Source: an uncultured virus (IMG/VR IMGVR_UViG_3300030108_000061)
Taxonomy: Duplodnaviria > Heunggongvirae > Uroviricota > Caudoviricetes
Virus record (IMG/VR): IMGVR_UViG_3300030108_000061
Strand: one strand, 5' to 3'
Length of the DNA: 64,000 nucleotides
The notes under the pieces: generated by a model
The model's database searches: none
What the model saw: only the letters and a program-made list of their open reading frames with translations
What the model was told of the DNA's origin: nothing
In this document: piece after piece, positions 1 to 9,546 of the stretch
How the letters are laid out: every line of letters begins with the position of its first letter
How positions within the stretch are numbered: the first letter of the stretch is position 1
Program-made: the position numbers and the translations under genes

Positions 1-98
1 CACTGGTAAACAAACGTTGGAATCTGGACTTAAATGTGCCTCTTTTATTAGAAGCAAAAATAGGTCCGAATTGGCTTGACACAAAGGACGTAGCCTGA
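1..98 (+). CDS. C-terminal fragment of DNA polymerase A (copy 1, truncated by window edge)
   Basis: Translates to ...NVPLLLEAKIGPNWLDTKDVA*, the same end as 49846..51897. Confidence 0.9.
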   Translation, partial: LVNKRWNLDLNVPLLLEAKIGPNWLDTKDVA

Positions 99-104
99 TA
101 TAAC
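76..104 (+). promoter_or_regulatory. Sigma70-like promoter overlapping the polymerase 3' end
   Basis: TTGACA(76-81)-N17-TATAAC(99-104)TATA; identical in the second copy at 51875-51903. Confidence 0.75.
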
Positions 105-139
105 TATACATCTGTAACAAAAGAAAAGGAGATACATAT

Positions 140-1036
140 ATGACAATGGTAGAAACATTTAATACATCAGATTACAACTCAATGGCTGCTACACTTGGGA
201 TGGCAGCAGATAATAAACCATCCCGTGATAGTTCCACACTTGCACGATTACGTATTAATCACTCACCTATCATGGGTGAGCAAGAGGTAAATGGTAAAAA
301 GGTAAAGCTAGAGGTTGTAGCTGGTGGCACGTATAAGTTGGAGATTCCTGATGGGCCAACTTACTACGCAGAATCTGCCACTATACGTCCATACATGCAA
401 AGGTTTATGTATAAACGATTTATCATGGGTAGTGATTCAGCACCTAATCGTTATGTTAAAACAATTATGGCTGACAACCTAAACATTGATCTAAAAGACA
501 ATGATGGTGGTTTCAACTGTGGTAAACCTGCAGGATGGATAGAGGACTTCAAGGCTTTGCCTCAAAAAACACAAGACTTGATCCGACAGATTAAACGTGT
601 TCGTGTAATGTTTGGCACAGTAACACTTGTTAATCCTGTAGACTTGAATGGCAACCCTGTCAATCAAAATTTAGACAATACCCCATTTATATGGGAGATT
701 GAAAACCGTGATGCTTTTAAGATGGCTGGCGGTATCTTTGCTAAGTTAGGCAAGATGCGTAGGCTACCACCGATGCACACAATCAAGTCAGCCACACAAG
801 AACGCAGTTTACCTAACGGTAACAGCTTCTTCTTACCTGATTTGGAGTTGGATATCACTAACTCGTTAGACTTAGATGCAGATGCACAAGAAACATTAAC
901 AAACTTCTTGGCTTGGATTGCAAACTACAACGAATATATATCCAATGCATGGGATGAAAACGTTAGCAAACACGAAGACATTCCATTTGATGACGTGAAT
1001 GATATCATTGACGCAGACATGGAAGAGTTTGCATGA
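140..1036 (+). CDS. Putative ssDNA-binding/annealing protein (copy 1)
   Basis: Follows the polymerase; acidic C-terminal tail ending DADMEEFA; strong RBS AAGGAG; 16 aa differences from 51939..52835 by manual count. Confidence 0.6.
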   Translation: MTMVETFNTSDYNSMAATLGMAADNKPSRDSSTLARLRINHSPIMGEQEVNGKKVKLEVVAGGTYKLEIPDGPTYYAESATIRPYMQRFMYKRFIMGSDSAPNRYVKTIMADNLNIDLKDNDGGFNCGKPAGWIEDFKALPQKTQDLIRQIKRVRVMFGTVTLVNPVDLNGNPVNQNLDNTPFIWEIENRDAFKMAGGIFAKLGKMRRLPPMHTIKSATQERSLPNGNSFFLPDLELDITNSLDLDADAQETLTNFLAWIANYNEYISNAWDENVSKHEDIPFDDVNDIIDADMEEFA

Positions 1037-1887
1037 TTAATCATCCAGCCGAACTAAAGATACATCAGTATCTGGAGAATGCAGCCAATGGTAAGTCAGA
1101 GATGTCTGATGAAACCATTGACCGTGTTGCTTCTGATATTGCTGATGCATTAAAAAGACAGTTTGGCTCTGGCAACAAACGTGATGCCTTTAAACTAAGG
1201 ATGTCCAACATTGGACGTCCTACTTGCCAACTTTGGTTTGATAAAAATAAACCAGAAACAGCATTGCCTAAACCAACTACGTTTGTATTGAATATGATGA
1301 TTGGAGACATAGTTGAGGCAGTCTTTAAAGGTGTTCTTAAAGAGGCTAATGTAGACTTTAAGGATACGAATAGAGTTACCCTTGCAGTGGGAGATATTGA
1401 TGATACATATGTCTCTGGATCTTATGATCTTATTGTAGATGGGGCAGTAGATGATATTAAATCTGCGTCCGATTACAGCTATAAATATAAGTTCGACTCA
1501 TACGAGTCACTAGAAAACAGTGATCCGTTTGGTTATATAAGCCAGCTTGCAGGTTATGCACGTGCTGCAGGTAAAAAACTTGGTGGCTGGTGGGTAATTA
1601 ACAAAGCAAGTGGGCAGTTTAAATATGTCAAGGCAAAAACAGATGTACCTAGACAGATAAATAAAATAAGAGATACGGTTGAATCATTAATTAAAAATGA
1701 TTTCAGTCGGTGTTTTTCCCCTATACCTGAAACGTTCAGGGGGAAAACAACGGGCAACTATATACTTGACGATGGTTGTAAATTTTGCGACTATAGGTTT
1801 GAATGTTGGCCTAGTCTTAGAGAGATACCCTCAAAGGTATCTAAGGCTAAAGTACCACCTATTGTTCAATACGTAGAAAAGGAGTAG
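1033..1887 (+). CDS. PD-(D/E)xK / Cas4-like exonuclease (copy 1)
   Basis: LRMSNIGRPxCQLW, GSYD...DDIKS, QLAGY and CKFCDYRFECW motifs. Confidence 0.75.
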   Translation: MINHPAELKIHQYLENAANGKSEMSDETIDRVASDIADALKRQFGSGNKRDAFKLRMSNIGRPTCQLWFDKNKPETALPKPTTFVLNMMIGDIVEAVFKGVLKEANVDFKDTNRVTLAVGDIDDTYVSGSYDLIVDGAVDDIKSASDYSYKYKFDSYESLENSDPFGYISQLAGYARAAGKKLGGWWVINKASGQFKYVKAKTDVPRQINKIRDTVESLIKNDFSRCFSPIPETFRGKTTGNYILDDGCKFCDYRFECWPSLREIPSKVSKAKVPPIVQYVEKE

Positions 1888-1889
1888 TA

Positions 1890-2114
1890 ATGATTGGAAC
1901 AGATGAAATCAAGGAAATGCAAGATATTATTGCATCAATGGAGAAAGAGCTTGCCGAAAAGAAACGGGTATTACGAGAGGCAAAGTACGCAGGATTACGT
2001 ACAGCTATGCAAGCTCGTAAAGAAGCAGATGAAGCTGTTAAACAAGAGTTAAAAGATTTAGGTTTAACACCTACAACTTTTGGAATGCCGTTTGATTTAA
2101 GCTGGAAGTTCTAG
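1890..2114 (+). CDS. Hypothetical coiled-coil protein
   Basis: RBS AAGGAG; conserved in copy 2 (53689..53916). Confidence 0.75.
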   Translation: MIGTDEIKEMQDIIASMEKELAEKKRVLREAKYAGLRTAMQARKEADEAVKQELKDLGLTPTTFGMPFDLSWKF

Positions 2115-2566
2115 TGAACCACAAACAGTTTAAAGCTGCAATGAAGCATGGGTATAGGAGTGGTCTTGAGATAAAGGTCAAAGACTTTTTAAGAGAACAT
2201 AAGATACCTATCAAGTACGAATGCTTAAAGATTGAGTGGGAAGACTTGATGTATCGTACCTATACTCCAGACTTCATTTTACCTAATGGTATTATTGTTG
2301 AGGTCAAGGGTAGATTTACTGCGACTGATAGGCGTAAACATGTTTGTATCAAGAAACAACATCCTAAGTTGGATATACGTTTCGTGTTTGAGAGTAGTAG
2401 ACGCAAGCTAAGTAAAGGTGCTAAAACTACGTATGCCTTATGGTGTGAACGTAACAAGTTTGCATACTGTGATCGTGTAATACCTATGGAGTGGCTAAAA
2501 GAAAAAGGTAAGAATATGCATCCAGAGTTTATTCAGTTTCCTTTAAAAAAAGTAAAGAGAGGTTAG
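2114..2566 (+). CDS. T7 endonuclease I-like Holliday junction resolvase
   Basis: YRSGLE, YTPDFILPNGIIVEVKGRF and LDIRFVF motifs. Confidence 0.9.
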   Translation: MNHKQFKAAMKHGYRSGLEIKVKDFLREHKIPIKYECLKIEWEDLMYRTYTPDFILPNGIIVEVKGRFTATDRRKHVCIKKQHPKLDIRFVFESSRRKLSKGAKTTYALWCERNKFAYCDRVIPMEWLKEKGKNMHPEFIQFPLKKVKRG

Positions 2567-2567
2567 C

Positions 2568-2888
2568 ATGGGTACAGTATTTCAACAGTTTGATGACAAC
2601 GATATATTAATACGTCTGTCTCCCTTCCTAGATGAAAAAGATGGGTGGACAGGTGAGGTATTGGTAGGTATAGCAACATCAGAGGATAACTACCTTAGTG
2701 AAAATGATTACTTTCATATTATGCAGTTAGGATCTATGTTATGTGCAGCCGTTCCTTTAATGGAAGAAAGTGAGACTTTTAGAAAAATGCTTTACGAGTA
2801 TACACAAAATGTGTTAGAAGAGGAGAGAAAAGAAAAAAAGAAAAAAGTAGTAGAAAAACACGACAATATAATCAAGGTAAACTTTTGA
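2568..2888 (+). CDS. Hypothetical protein
   Basis: RBS GAGG; conserved in copy 2 (54370..54690). Confidence 0.75.
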   Translation: MGTVFQQFDDNDILIRLSPFLDEKDGWTGEVLVGIATSEDNYLSENDYFHIMQLGSMLCAAVPLMEESETFRKMLYEYTQNVLEEERKEKKKKVVEKHDNIIKVNF

Positions 2889-3142
2889 GAGGAGCACGAA
2901 TGTTTGACAATGTAAACAATCCAAAACATTATAACCAAGCAGGTATTGAATGCATTGATGCCATTCGTGCCGCCACTGGTGAAGGTTTTGAATACTATCT
3001 ACAGGGCAATATATTAAAGTATTTGTGGAGATATCGGTACAAGAATGGGGTAGAGGATCTCAATAAAGCACAATGGTATCTCAAGCTATTGATTGAGGAA
3101 AAAAATGCGAGTAAAAATATTTCTGACAATAGAACTGGATGA
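2885..3142 (+). CDS. DUF3310 protein (T7 gp1.7-like, putative nucleotide kinase); likely start is ATG 2900
   Basis: DNVNNPKHY...IECIDAI...GNILKYLWRY..KNGVEDLNKAQWYL. Confidence 0.85.
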   Translation: MRGARMFDNVNNPKHYNQAGIECIDAIRAATGEGFEYYLQGNILKYLWRYRYKNGVEDLNKAQWYLKLLIEEKNASKNISDNRTG

Positions 3143-3263
3143 AGAGGATTACCCCATACCTGTAGATGGTATGGTAGAAGAGGATGTGGATGAAACTATA
3201 CGTAATCTCATTCACGATGTAGACGGTGTTACCGTTAAGTCTGTAAAAGTAATAGTGGAGTAA
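3105..3263 (+). CDS. Small acidic hypothetical protein, 52 aa (not in ORF track)
   Basis: MRVKIFLTIELDEEDYPIPVDG...; RBS GAGG; conserved at 54907..55065. Confidence 0.75.
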   Translation: MRVKIFLTIELDEEDYPIPVDGMVEEDVDETIRNLIHDVDGVTVKSVKVIVE

Positions 3264-3266
3264 ATA

Positions 3267-5028
3267 ATGATATTAGAAAAACCGACAGAAACCTATGGCC
3301 CAACACTTAATATCTCTGAGGAGATACATTCCATGAAATATCGTGGAAAGAACGAGTCATTTAAAGAGGCTATGAAACGTGTAGCTGAAGCATTAAAAGA
3401 TGATGAGTCACACTTTTTAAACTTTAAATCTATACTGTACAATCAAAGATTCCTACCTGCTGGACGTGTGCAATCAGCAATGGGTGCACCAAGACGTGTA
3501 ACACCTTATAATTGTTTCGTGTCCACTACCATACAAGATAGTATGCAAGGCATTATGGAAGCCGCCACAAGAGCCGCAGAGACTATGAGGCTTGGTGGTG
3601 GTATTGGATACGACTTTTCTACGTTACGTCCACGAGGGGCTATGATACGCAGCCTAGAGAGCAAGTCCTCTGGCCCTATATCTTTTATGAATGTGTTCGA
3701 TGCAGTGTGTGGCACAATCTCAAGTGCAGGGCATAGACGTGGAGCACAAATGGGTGTGCTACGTGTAGACCATCCCGATATTGAAGAGTTTGTACGTGCA
3801 AAGAACAACAGTACTGACCTAACTAACTTCAATGTGTCGGTGGGTATTACAGATAAGTTTATGGAAGCAGTAAAATCGGACAGTGACTTTGACCTAGTAT
3901 TTGAAGGCACAATCTACAACACTATCAGTGCTCGTGCATTATGGGATGATATCTTACGCAGCACTTGGGATTGGGCAGAACCTGGGATACTATTTATTGA
4001 TAGAATAAATAAAAAGAATAACTTACGTTACTGTGAAACAATCGCAGCAACCAATCCATGTGGTGAGCAACCATTGCCACCTAATGGTGCATGTTTACTT
4101 GGATCTTTTAACTTAGTTAAATATATAGTTAAAATAAATGACAAGTACGTGTTCAATATTAATCAACTACGCAATGACATACCTTACGTTGTACGTGCTA
4201 TGGATAACGTAGTAGATCGTGCAGTTTATCCACTAAGCCAACAAGAACAAGAGGCTAAGTCAAAACGCCGCATGGGTTTAGGCGTAACAGGTGTTGCTAA
4301 TGCAATAGAGGCACTTGGTTTTGAGTATGGATCATCTGCATTCATCACACAATTAGAAATAATAATGGAGGTAATACGTGATACAGCATATAAAAGTTCT
4401 ATTTCTTTGGCCTTGGAAAAAGGTCCGTTCCCTTTGTNNNNNNNNNNAGAGGTACTTGGATTCCGATTTTGCGAAGACTTTACCAGACGACATTAGGCAG
4501 GATATTTCTAATTATGGCATTCGCAACAGCCATCTACTATCTGTGGCCCCCACAGGAACAATCAGTCTCTCAGCAGATAATGTCTCCAGTGGGATCGAAC
4601 CTGTCTTCTCCTACTATTACGACAGAACCATTATCACCTTCGATGGACCCCAGACAGAACGAGTAGAGGACTACGGCTACAGGGTGTTTGATGTCAAGGG
4701 CAGGACTGCAGACGATCTGTCGGTGTTCGATCACGTAAAAGTGCTCAATGCAGCCAGCAAATATGTTGACAGTGCCTGTTCCAAGACATGCAATGTTGGT
4801 GATGATGTATCATGGGAAGATTTTAAGGATGTGTACATGCAAGCATATGAAGGTGGTGCATCTGGATGTACAACTTTTCGTGCATCAGGAAAACGGTATG
4901 GCATTCTTAATGCATCCTCTGTAGAAAATGTTGCAGAGGAAGAAATTATAGAAGATACAAAAGATTTTGTTGACGAGGGAACAGCTTGCTATTATGATAT
5001 GGAAACTGGTCTTCGTAAATGTGAATGA
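3267..5028 (+). CDS. nrdJ: Class II (adenosylcobalamin-dependent) ribonucleotide reductase, copy 1; split only by the assembly gap
   Basis: TNPCGEQPL..NGACLLGS and APTGTIS motifs; no small-subunit gene nearby; intact 585-aa homolog at 55069..56826. Confidence 0.85.
4438..4447. other. Scaffold gap (10 N)
   Basis: Copy 2 has 6 nt (TCGATC) between the same flanks. Confidence 0.98.
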
Positions 5029-5041
5029 AAGGAGTGACTAA

Positions 5042-5260
5042 ATGACAACAGTAAATATAAATGATGTAGATTATGATACAGAGGATTTTAATGAGGATCA
5101 AATGGCCTTGTACAATGAGATCATGTATGCTACAAGTGTAGTCAATAATCTTACCTATCAAATGCAGTGTGTAAAAACAATGCAAGCTAGTGTAGCAAAT
5201 AAACTAACTAAATCTTTACAAGATAAAGGAGATGATAATGCCAGTACGGAAGAAGTTTAG
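5042..5260 (+). CDS. Small hypothetical protein
   Basis: RBS AAGGAG; distant homolog at 56841..57038 (shared I.D..YD..DF...Q.A and QCV pattern). Confidence 0.7.
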   Translation: MTTVNINDVDYDTEDFNEDQMALYNEIMYATSVVNNLTYQMQCVKTMQASVANKLTKSLQDKGDDNASTEEV

Positions 5261-5693
5261 AAGAGATTGGTACAACAGGTATGACTCACCTGCCAAACAA
5301 ACCCTCGTGCAATACCTAGAAAGTATCGGACACGAGATAACCGAAACTAAAGAAAATTACACTGTGGATATTGTTTCAACAAAAGAAGACCACACGTATT
5401 TTAACGAGGCAGAGGTCAAAGTTTCTTGGACAGGTGATTGGCCTACCGAGTGGAAGGAGATACGTATACCAGAACGTAAGACTCGACTACTTGACAGGTA
5501 CAAAGATGCCAATGGTGTACTAAACTTCTACGTCTTTCGTAGAGACTTAAAGCAGGTATGGCGTATCAAAGATACCAGCCTGACAAAAGAACGGTTACGT
5601 GAAGCAAAAGGTAGAAACATCACAAAGGGAGAACACTTTTATCACATCCCTTACACAGAAGCAAAACTAATTAATATAGGAGAAGCAGCATGA
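5232..5693 (+). CDS. Putative PD-(D/E)xK-fold nuclease
   Basis: VDIV....FNEAEVK resembles D...(D/E)xK catalytic spacing; function inferred. Confidence 0.5.
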   Translation: MIMPVRKKFRRDWYNRYDSPAKQTLVQYLESIGHEITETKENYTVDIVSTKEDHTYFNEAEVKVSWTGDWPTEWKEIRIPERKTRLLDRYKDANGVLNFYVFRRDLKQVWRIKDTSLTKERLREAKGRNITKGEHFYHIPYTEAKLINIGEAA

Positions 5694-5947
5694 ACCCTAA
5701 GAAACTATCCCGTAAACAACGCAATCTTGGCAAACATGATGCGCCATTAAAATGGCAGTTTGACCAAGGCTTCAATGCCTTTAAACGTGGGAAGATTGTC
5801 AACCCATTCTCAGATGACACCATGCAGTCTAGAGAGTGGGAGAGAGGCTTCAATAAAGCCTACTTTGAACAGCTAAAACGGGTTAAAAAATATGAGCTTG
5901 GAAGAAGAGGCAAAGCAGTTTCTCAAGAAACGGAACACAGAGTCTGA
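5690..5947 (+). CDS. Small protein with RMF-like pattern
   Basis: GFNAFKRG...NPF......REWERGF; conserved at 57510..57767. Confidence 0.5.
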   Translation: MNPKKLSRKQRNLGKHDAPLKWQFDQGFNAFKRGKIVNPFSDDTMQSREWERGFNKAYFEQLKRVKKYELGRRGKAVSQETEHRV

Positions 5948-6023
5948 TCCAGACAGACTACGTGACGAGTTAATAAAAATGCTGGAATGGTTCATAGAAC
6001 AACTAAAGAAAAAAGGGGCTTAG
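5892..6023 (+). CDS. Small hypothetical protein, 43 aa (not in ORF track)
   Basis: MSLEEEAKQFLKKRNTESDPDRLRDELIKMLEWFIEQLKKKGA; same length and frame at 57712..57843. Confidence 0.65.
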   Translation: MSLEEEAKQFLKKRNTESDPDRLRDELIKMLEWFIEQLKKKGA

Positions 6024-6039
6024 TTGCCCCTTCTTTTTT
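6009..6039. terminator. Bidirectional intrinsic terminator between the two arms
   Basis: A-tract, GGGGC-ttagtt-GCCCC stem-loop, T-tract, lying between convergent genes. Confidence 0.85.
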
Positions 6040-9000
6040 ATAAAGCACCTTGATATGCTTTAGCTATTGCTATCAGTGCCTGTAAATGATCTGTCTCTTT
6101 TGGGTTTGGTCTAAATCCATATCGTCTTACAAACTGTTGTGTTGCAATTCTACGAAAGTTTGGCTGAACTCTTCTATATTTAATTAGAGCACGTGCATAT
6201 TCATCACCTTGTGCAATTGCACCCTCTCGTATGTCTCGTTTAAACACTTTTAAGTTTTCATCAATAAGACCTCTTACCTCATTAGTAACATATTCTTCTT
6301 CAGTAAATTCATCTCGTAATGCTTGTGGTCCATTATAGTAATCTTTTAATGTAGTTTGTTCATATTGTTTTGCAACATCCACCAATATATCCATGTATCC
6401 GTTTAACATCTGCTGTTCAAAACGTTGAATTGTGGGTACTTTTGATTTACTACCAAACTGCCTGTAATCAAACCCTAAACTTTTTAAATACTCACCAGTT
6501 TCTGAGGGACGATTAGTAAGTGTTACACCTGCAAACTTGTATAGGGGAGATACACGTTCTTTTCCATCGGGATAAAATGGGTATACCTTTTCTGGTAATT
6601 CAGCCTCTTCTTCTGCGGAAAGAAATAAACCACGTTGTTGAAATGATCTTTTTAATTCGTTACCAGCAGTTCCCAAAAAGTCTAATGTTGGATCTTTTGC
6701 AACGTCTGCATACTCACCACCTCTAAATCCTGTACCTCTTTGTAAATCTATTACTTGTGCAAGAGGAACTGCCCAAGTGGTTAAATAATTACCTAAAGTT
6801 CTACCGATTGCACGACCTGCAGCCTCTCCACCTTTTAAGTCTGTCATGTCTGCTATTTGTGCAACCTCTTCTAGTATAGAGTTACCTACACCTACTCTAA
6901 AATTACTGCCAGTAAACAACTCAAAAAATTCTCTTGCATCAAATCTTCTTCCAAATGTGCCATCTTTTAAACGTTTTGTTTGCTCACCAAGGTATTGAAA
7001 CTGTGCCATAGGATACGTTGCAGTGGTATTCATTTGCACATTACCACCTACACCCACTTCATCAAAATCTTCTGGTACATTTTCTGAGCTACGATACCAA
7101 TATGCAGCCCCAACCGCAGCCATACCCATGAGGTTACGTGTAATTCGTTGTCTGTCTTTTGCAGTAAGAGGACCACCACCAACTTTACCGAGGGTAACAA
7201 GCTCTGTTACTTTTCTTGTTAACGGTATGGATGCACCTGCTGCATATTGTCCCATAAGTTCCATACTATTAAACATAAATCTTGGAAAGGGTGCAATAAC
7301 AGTAAGACCATTACGTGTTATGATACTTGAGATTTCACGAAACAAGGGAATATCAGGTTGTTTTGCATAAGTAACATCAAGGGCTTTAGTGGTTGCATCA
7401 TCCACCAATTTAATAAAACTAGGTGCATTTTTTGGTTTTACACTAGATGAATCATTCATAAGATCTTTTAGTTTGCCTTGATTTAGTGCATCAATTAAAT
7501 CTATTTTGTAATGACGTTTTGTAAGACGTTCAAGCTCTCCAAAAAACTGTCCACGTCTTATTAAAAATTCCTGCCAACGGTTAGGAGTATTGAGAGTATC
7601 TACAACATCCTCCATACCTGTCATCACTTTATCAAATGCAGTACCTGATCCTCGTCCTGTTAGCTTTTGTATTTCATTAATGTTATTAAACATGGCATCA
7701 AATTGTTTTGCCATTTCAGGACGTTCTAGTATAAGATCTGTATATCCTTTTGCTACATCAGGGCGAGAGAACATATATTTCATATTACTAAAACTGCCAC
7801 TCCAAATGTCACGAGACAAAAGAGTACGACCTGCCCCAAGAAAACCACCTTTAGCATCTAGAATACCGCCAGAAATAGGTTGACTAAACTCGTATATAGC
7901 AGAGTCCATTACGTTTCCAAGACTTTCTAAAGGAGCACGTACTCCACCTGATGTAAGGTTACGTGCCATAGTAGCAATCTGTGAAACAAGACCACCTCTA
8001 CGTACATTTTCTATACGCATATTACCTTTACGTAAATCTCCTGCTGCACGTGCTTTTGCTTTTTCTATATCGGCATCTACTATGTTTTTTGGTTTTTTAC
8101 GTTTAACTTGTGACAGTGAATTTAATACTTTACCAGCAGCCGATCCCGACCCAACAACTGTAAGCACATAATTTTCAAAGGACAAACCATATTTATTTAA
8201 CATGTCTATCAATTCTTGACCACCTATCATATCTTGACTAACAGTCAAGTCAAGTATATTATCAATTACAGTTTTCTTATTATCAAAAGCATCAGGCCTC
8301 TTTTGTTTTAATTCTGCAGCTACAGCTACAATACCGTCAAACTTATCTGGATCAAGGATAGGAGATGTAATTGTATCAGTGCCTAAAAATAATTGTTGAA
8401 TACCTGCATCACGTTCAGTAACTCCTATTGCAGTATCTTTACCTGCTTGACGTGCTAAGTCTGGATCAATAGACAGTTTACCATCACTTTCTGTAGAAAT
8501 TACTTTACCTGTCTTAGCTTCAAACTCTCTAATCATTTGATTAGATAGTTCTACTTCTTTATCTGCAACTTTTTTAGCAGCTATACGAGCCTCTTCTGCA
8601 GCCTCTAGTGCTGCCAGTTCTGCTCCTTTAGGATTGTATCGTCTTGCAGTTTCAAGTGTTTTTGCATCACGGATTATTTTTTTACCAGATCTTCTTACAT
8701 TTTGTATTGCTACACGAGGTGCAGCCAAGCCACCAAAAACAGGTAAAGTTTCACTAAACTCTAAAAATGTACCAAACCCATCAAGTATATTACCACTTAA
8801 CTCACTAGGATTTTCTGATTCTTTATACTTACTACCAGCCATTGTTTTGTTTATAGAGTTATACAGTGGTGGTGCATATTCCTCTAGTAACTCAAGACCT
8901 GCAGTTAGTTTATCATCTGTAAAGGCTGATACTAAATCCACTGCTTTAGCAACGGCAAAAAGTTTTTTAGGATTAGTCTCTGCTAGTAAGTGTTCTATTA

Positions 9001-9535
9001 TCCCTGGTGCTCTTTGCATTCCAGATATATACTTTGGATTGCCATCTTCGTCCAGTTGAAGCATACTATTTTTTATTTGTTTTGCTTGCTCTGCTTTTTC
9101 TTCCTCTGACATTTCATCAAATGCCTGAAAAATTTGATTGTATTCTTCCTTTATTTTTTGTACAGAGGTAAGTCCTGCCTTACGATCTGCCTCTGCTTTA
9201 TACTGATCTGATAATTCTTGTGACTCTAAAGATCTAAGCAATGGTGTTTCTAGTTCTTCATCGTCTAAAATAGGGAGCATTCTTTTACTATAATATTCAA
9301 TATATTTTGGATCGTCCTCTGCTTCAGCTACAGTTCTAGCTACATCTAATGTTCTGTTTGTATCACTAATAGTATTAGGTTTTTGCGAGTTTATAAAGTT
9401 TAATATATCATCAACAGACTGATCTTCTTCCTCTAGCTCCTTTCCCATAATTATATTAGGAGGAGGTTGATTGCTAGATGCACCTTTTAAACTATTTATA
9501 TAACCTAAAATTTCTTCTACTGTTTGTTCAGCCAT
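6038..9535 (-). CDS. Large internal virion (ejection) protein, copy 1
   Basis: 1165 aa, last gene of the structural arm; shares RRG..VS, TYAKQPD and PFPRFMFNS blocks with 57840..61367; role inferred from position. Confidence 0.65.
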   Translation of the reverse strand: MAEQTVEEILGYINSLKGASSNQPPPNIIMGKELEEEDQSVDDILNFINSQKPNTISDTNRTLDVARTVAEAEDDPKYIEYYSKRMLPILDDEELETPLLRSLESQELSDQYKAEADRKAGLTSVQKIKEEYNQIFQAFDEMSEEEKAEQAKQIKNSMLQLDEDGNPKYISGMQRAPGIIEHLLAETNPKKLFAVAKAVDLVSAFTDDKLTAGLELLEEYAPPLYNSINKTMAGSKYKESENPSELSGNILDGFGTFLEFSETLPVFGGLAAPRVAIQNVRRSGKKIIRDAKTLETARRYNPKGAELAALEAAEEARIAAKKVADKEVELSNQMIREFEAKTGKVISTESDGKLSIDPDLARQAGKDTAIGVTERDAGIQQLFLGTDTITSPILDPDKFDGIVAVAAELKQKRPDAFDNKKTVIDNILDLTVSQDMIGGQELIDMLNKYGLSFENYVLTVVGSGSAAGKVLNSLSQVKRKKPKNIVDADIEKAKARAAGDLRKGNMRIENVRRGGLVSQIATMARNLTSGGVRAPLESLGNVMDSAIYEFSQPISGGILDAKGGFLGAGRTLLSRDIWSGSFSNMKYMFSRPDVAKGYTDLILERPEMAKQFDAMFNNINEIQKLTGRGSGTAFDKVMTGMEDVVDTLNTPNRWQEFLIRRGQFFGELERLTKRHYKIDLIDALNQGKLKDLMNDSSSVKPKNAPSFIKLVDDATTKALDVTYAKQPDIPLFREISSIITRNGLTVIAPFPRFMFNSMELMGQYAAGASIPLTRKVTELVTLGKVGGGPLTAKDRQRITRNLMGMAAVGAAYWYRSSENVPEDFDEVGVGGNVQMNTTATYPMAQFQYLGEQTKRLKDGTFGRRFDAREFFELFTGSNFRVGVGNSILEEVAQIADMTDLKGGEAAGRAIGRTLGNYLTTWAVPLAQVIDLQRGTGFRGGEYADVAKDPTLDFLGTAGNELKRSFQQRGLFLSAEEEAELPEKVYPFYPDGKERVSPLYKFAGVTLTNRPSETGEYLKSLGFDYRQFGSKSKVPTIQRFEQQMLNGYMDILVDVAKQYEQTTLKDYYNGPQALRDEFTEEEYVTNEVRGLIDENLKVFKRDIREGAIAQGDEYARALIKYRRVQPNFRRIATQQFVRRYGFRPNPKETDHLQALIAIAKAYQGAL

Positions 9536-9546
9536 AATTGTACCAT

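Noticed and set aside
1203..1216. Seventh GTCCAA-CA-TTGGAC site in the exonuclease gene
   Set aside because: It encodes the conserved MSNIGR motif, lacks the extended flanks, and is broken by a silent change in copy 2 (TTGGGC), so it is probably incidental
3267..5028. Apparent frameshift, split or pseudogene in RNR
   Set aside because: Ten placeholder Ns replace 6 nt (TCGATC in copy 2), which shifts the frame artificially
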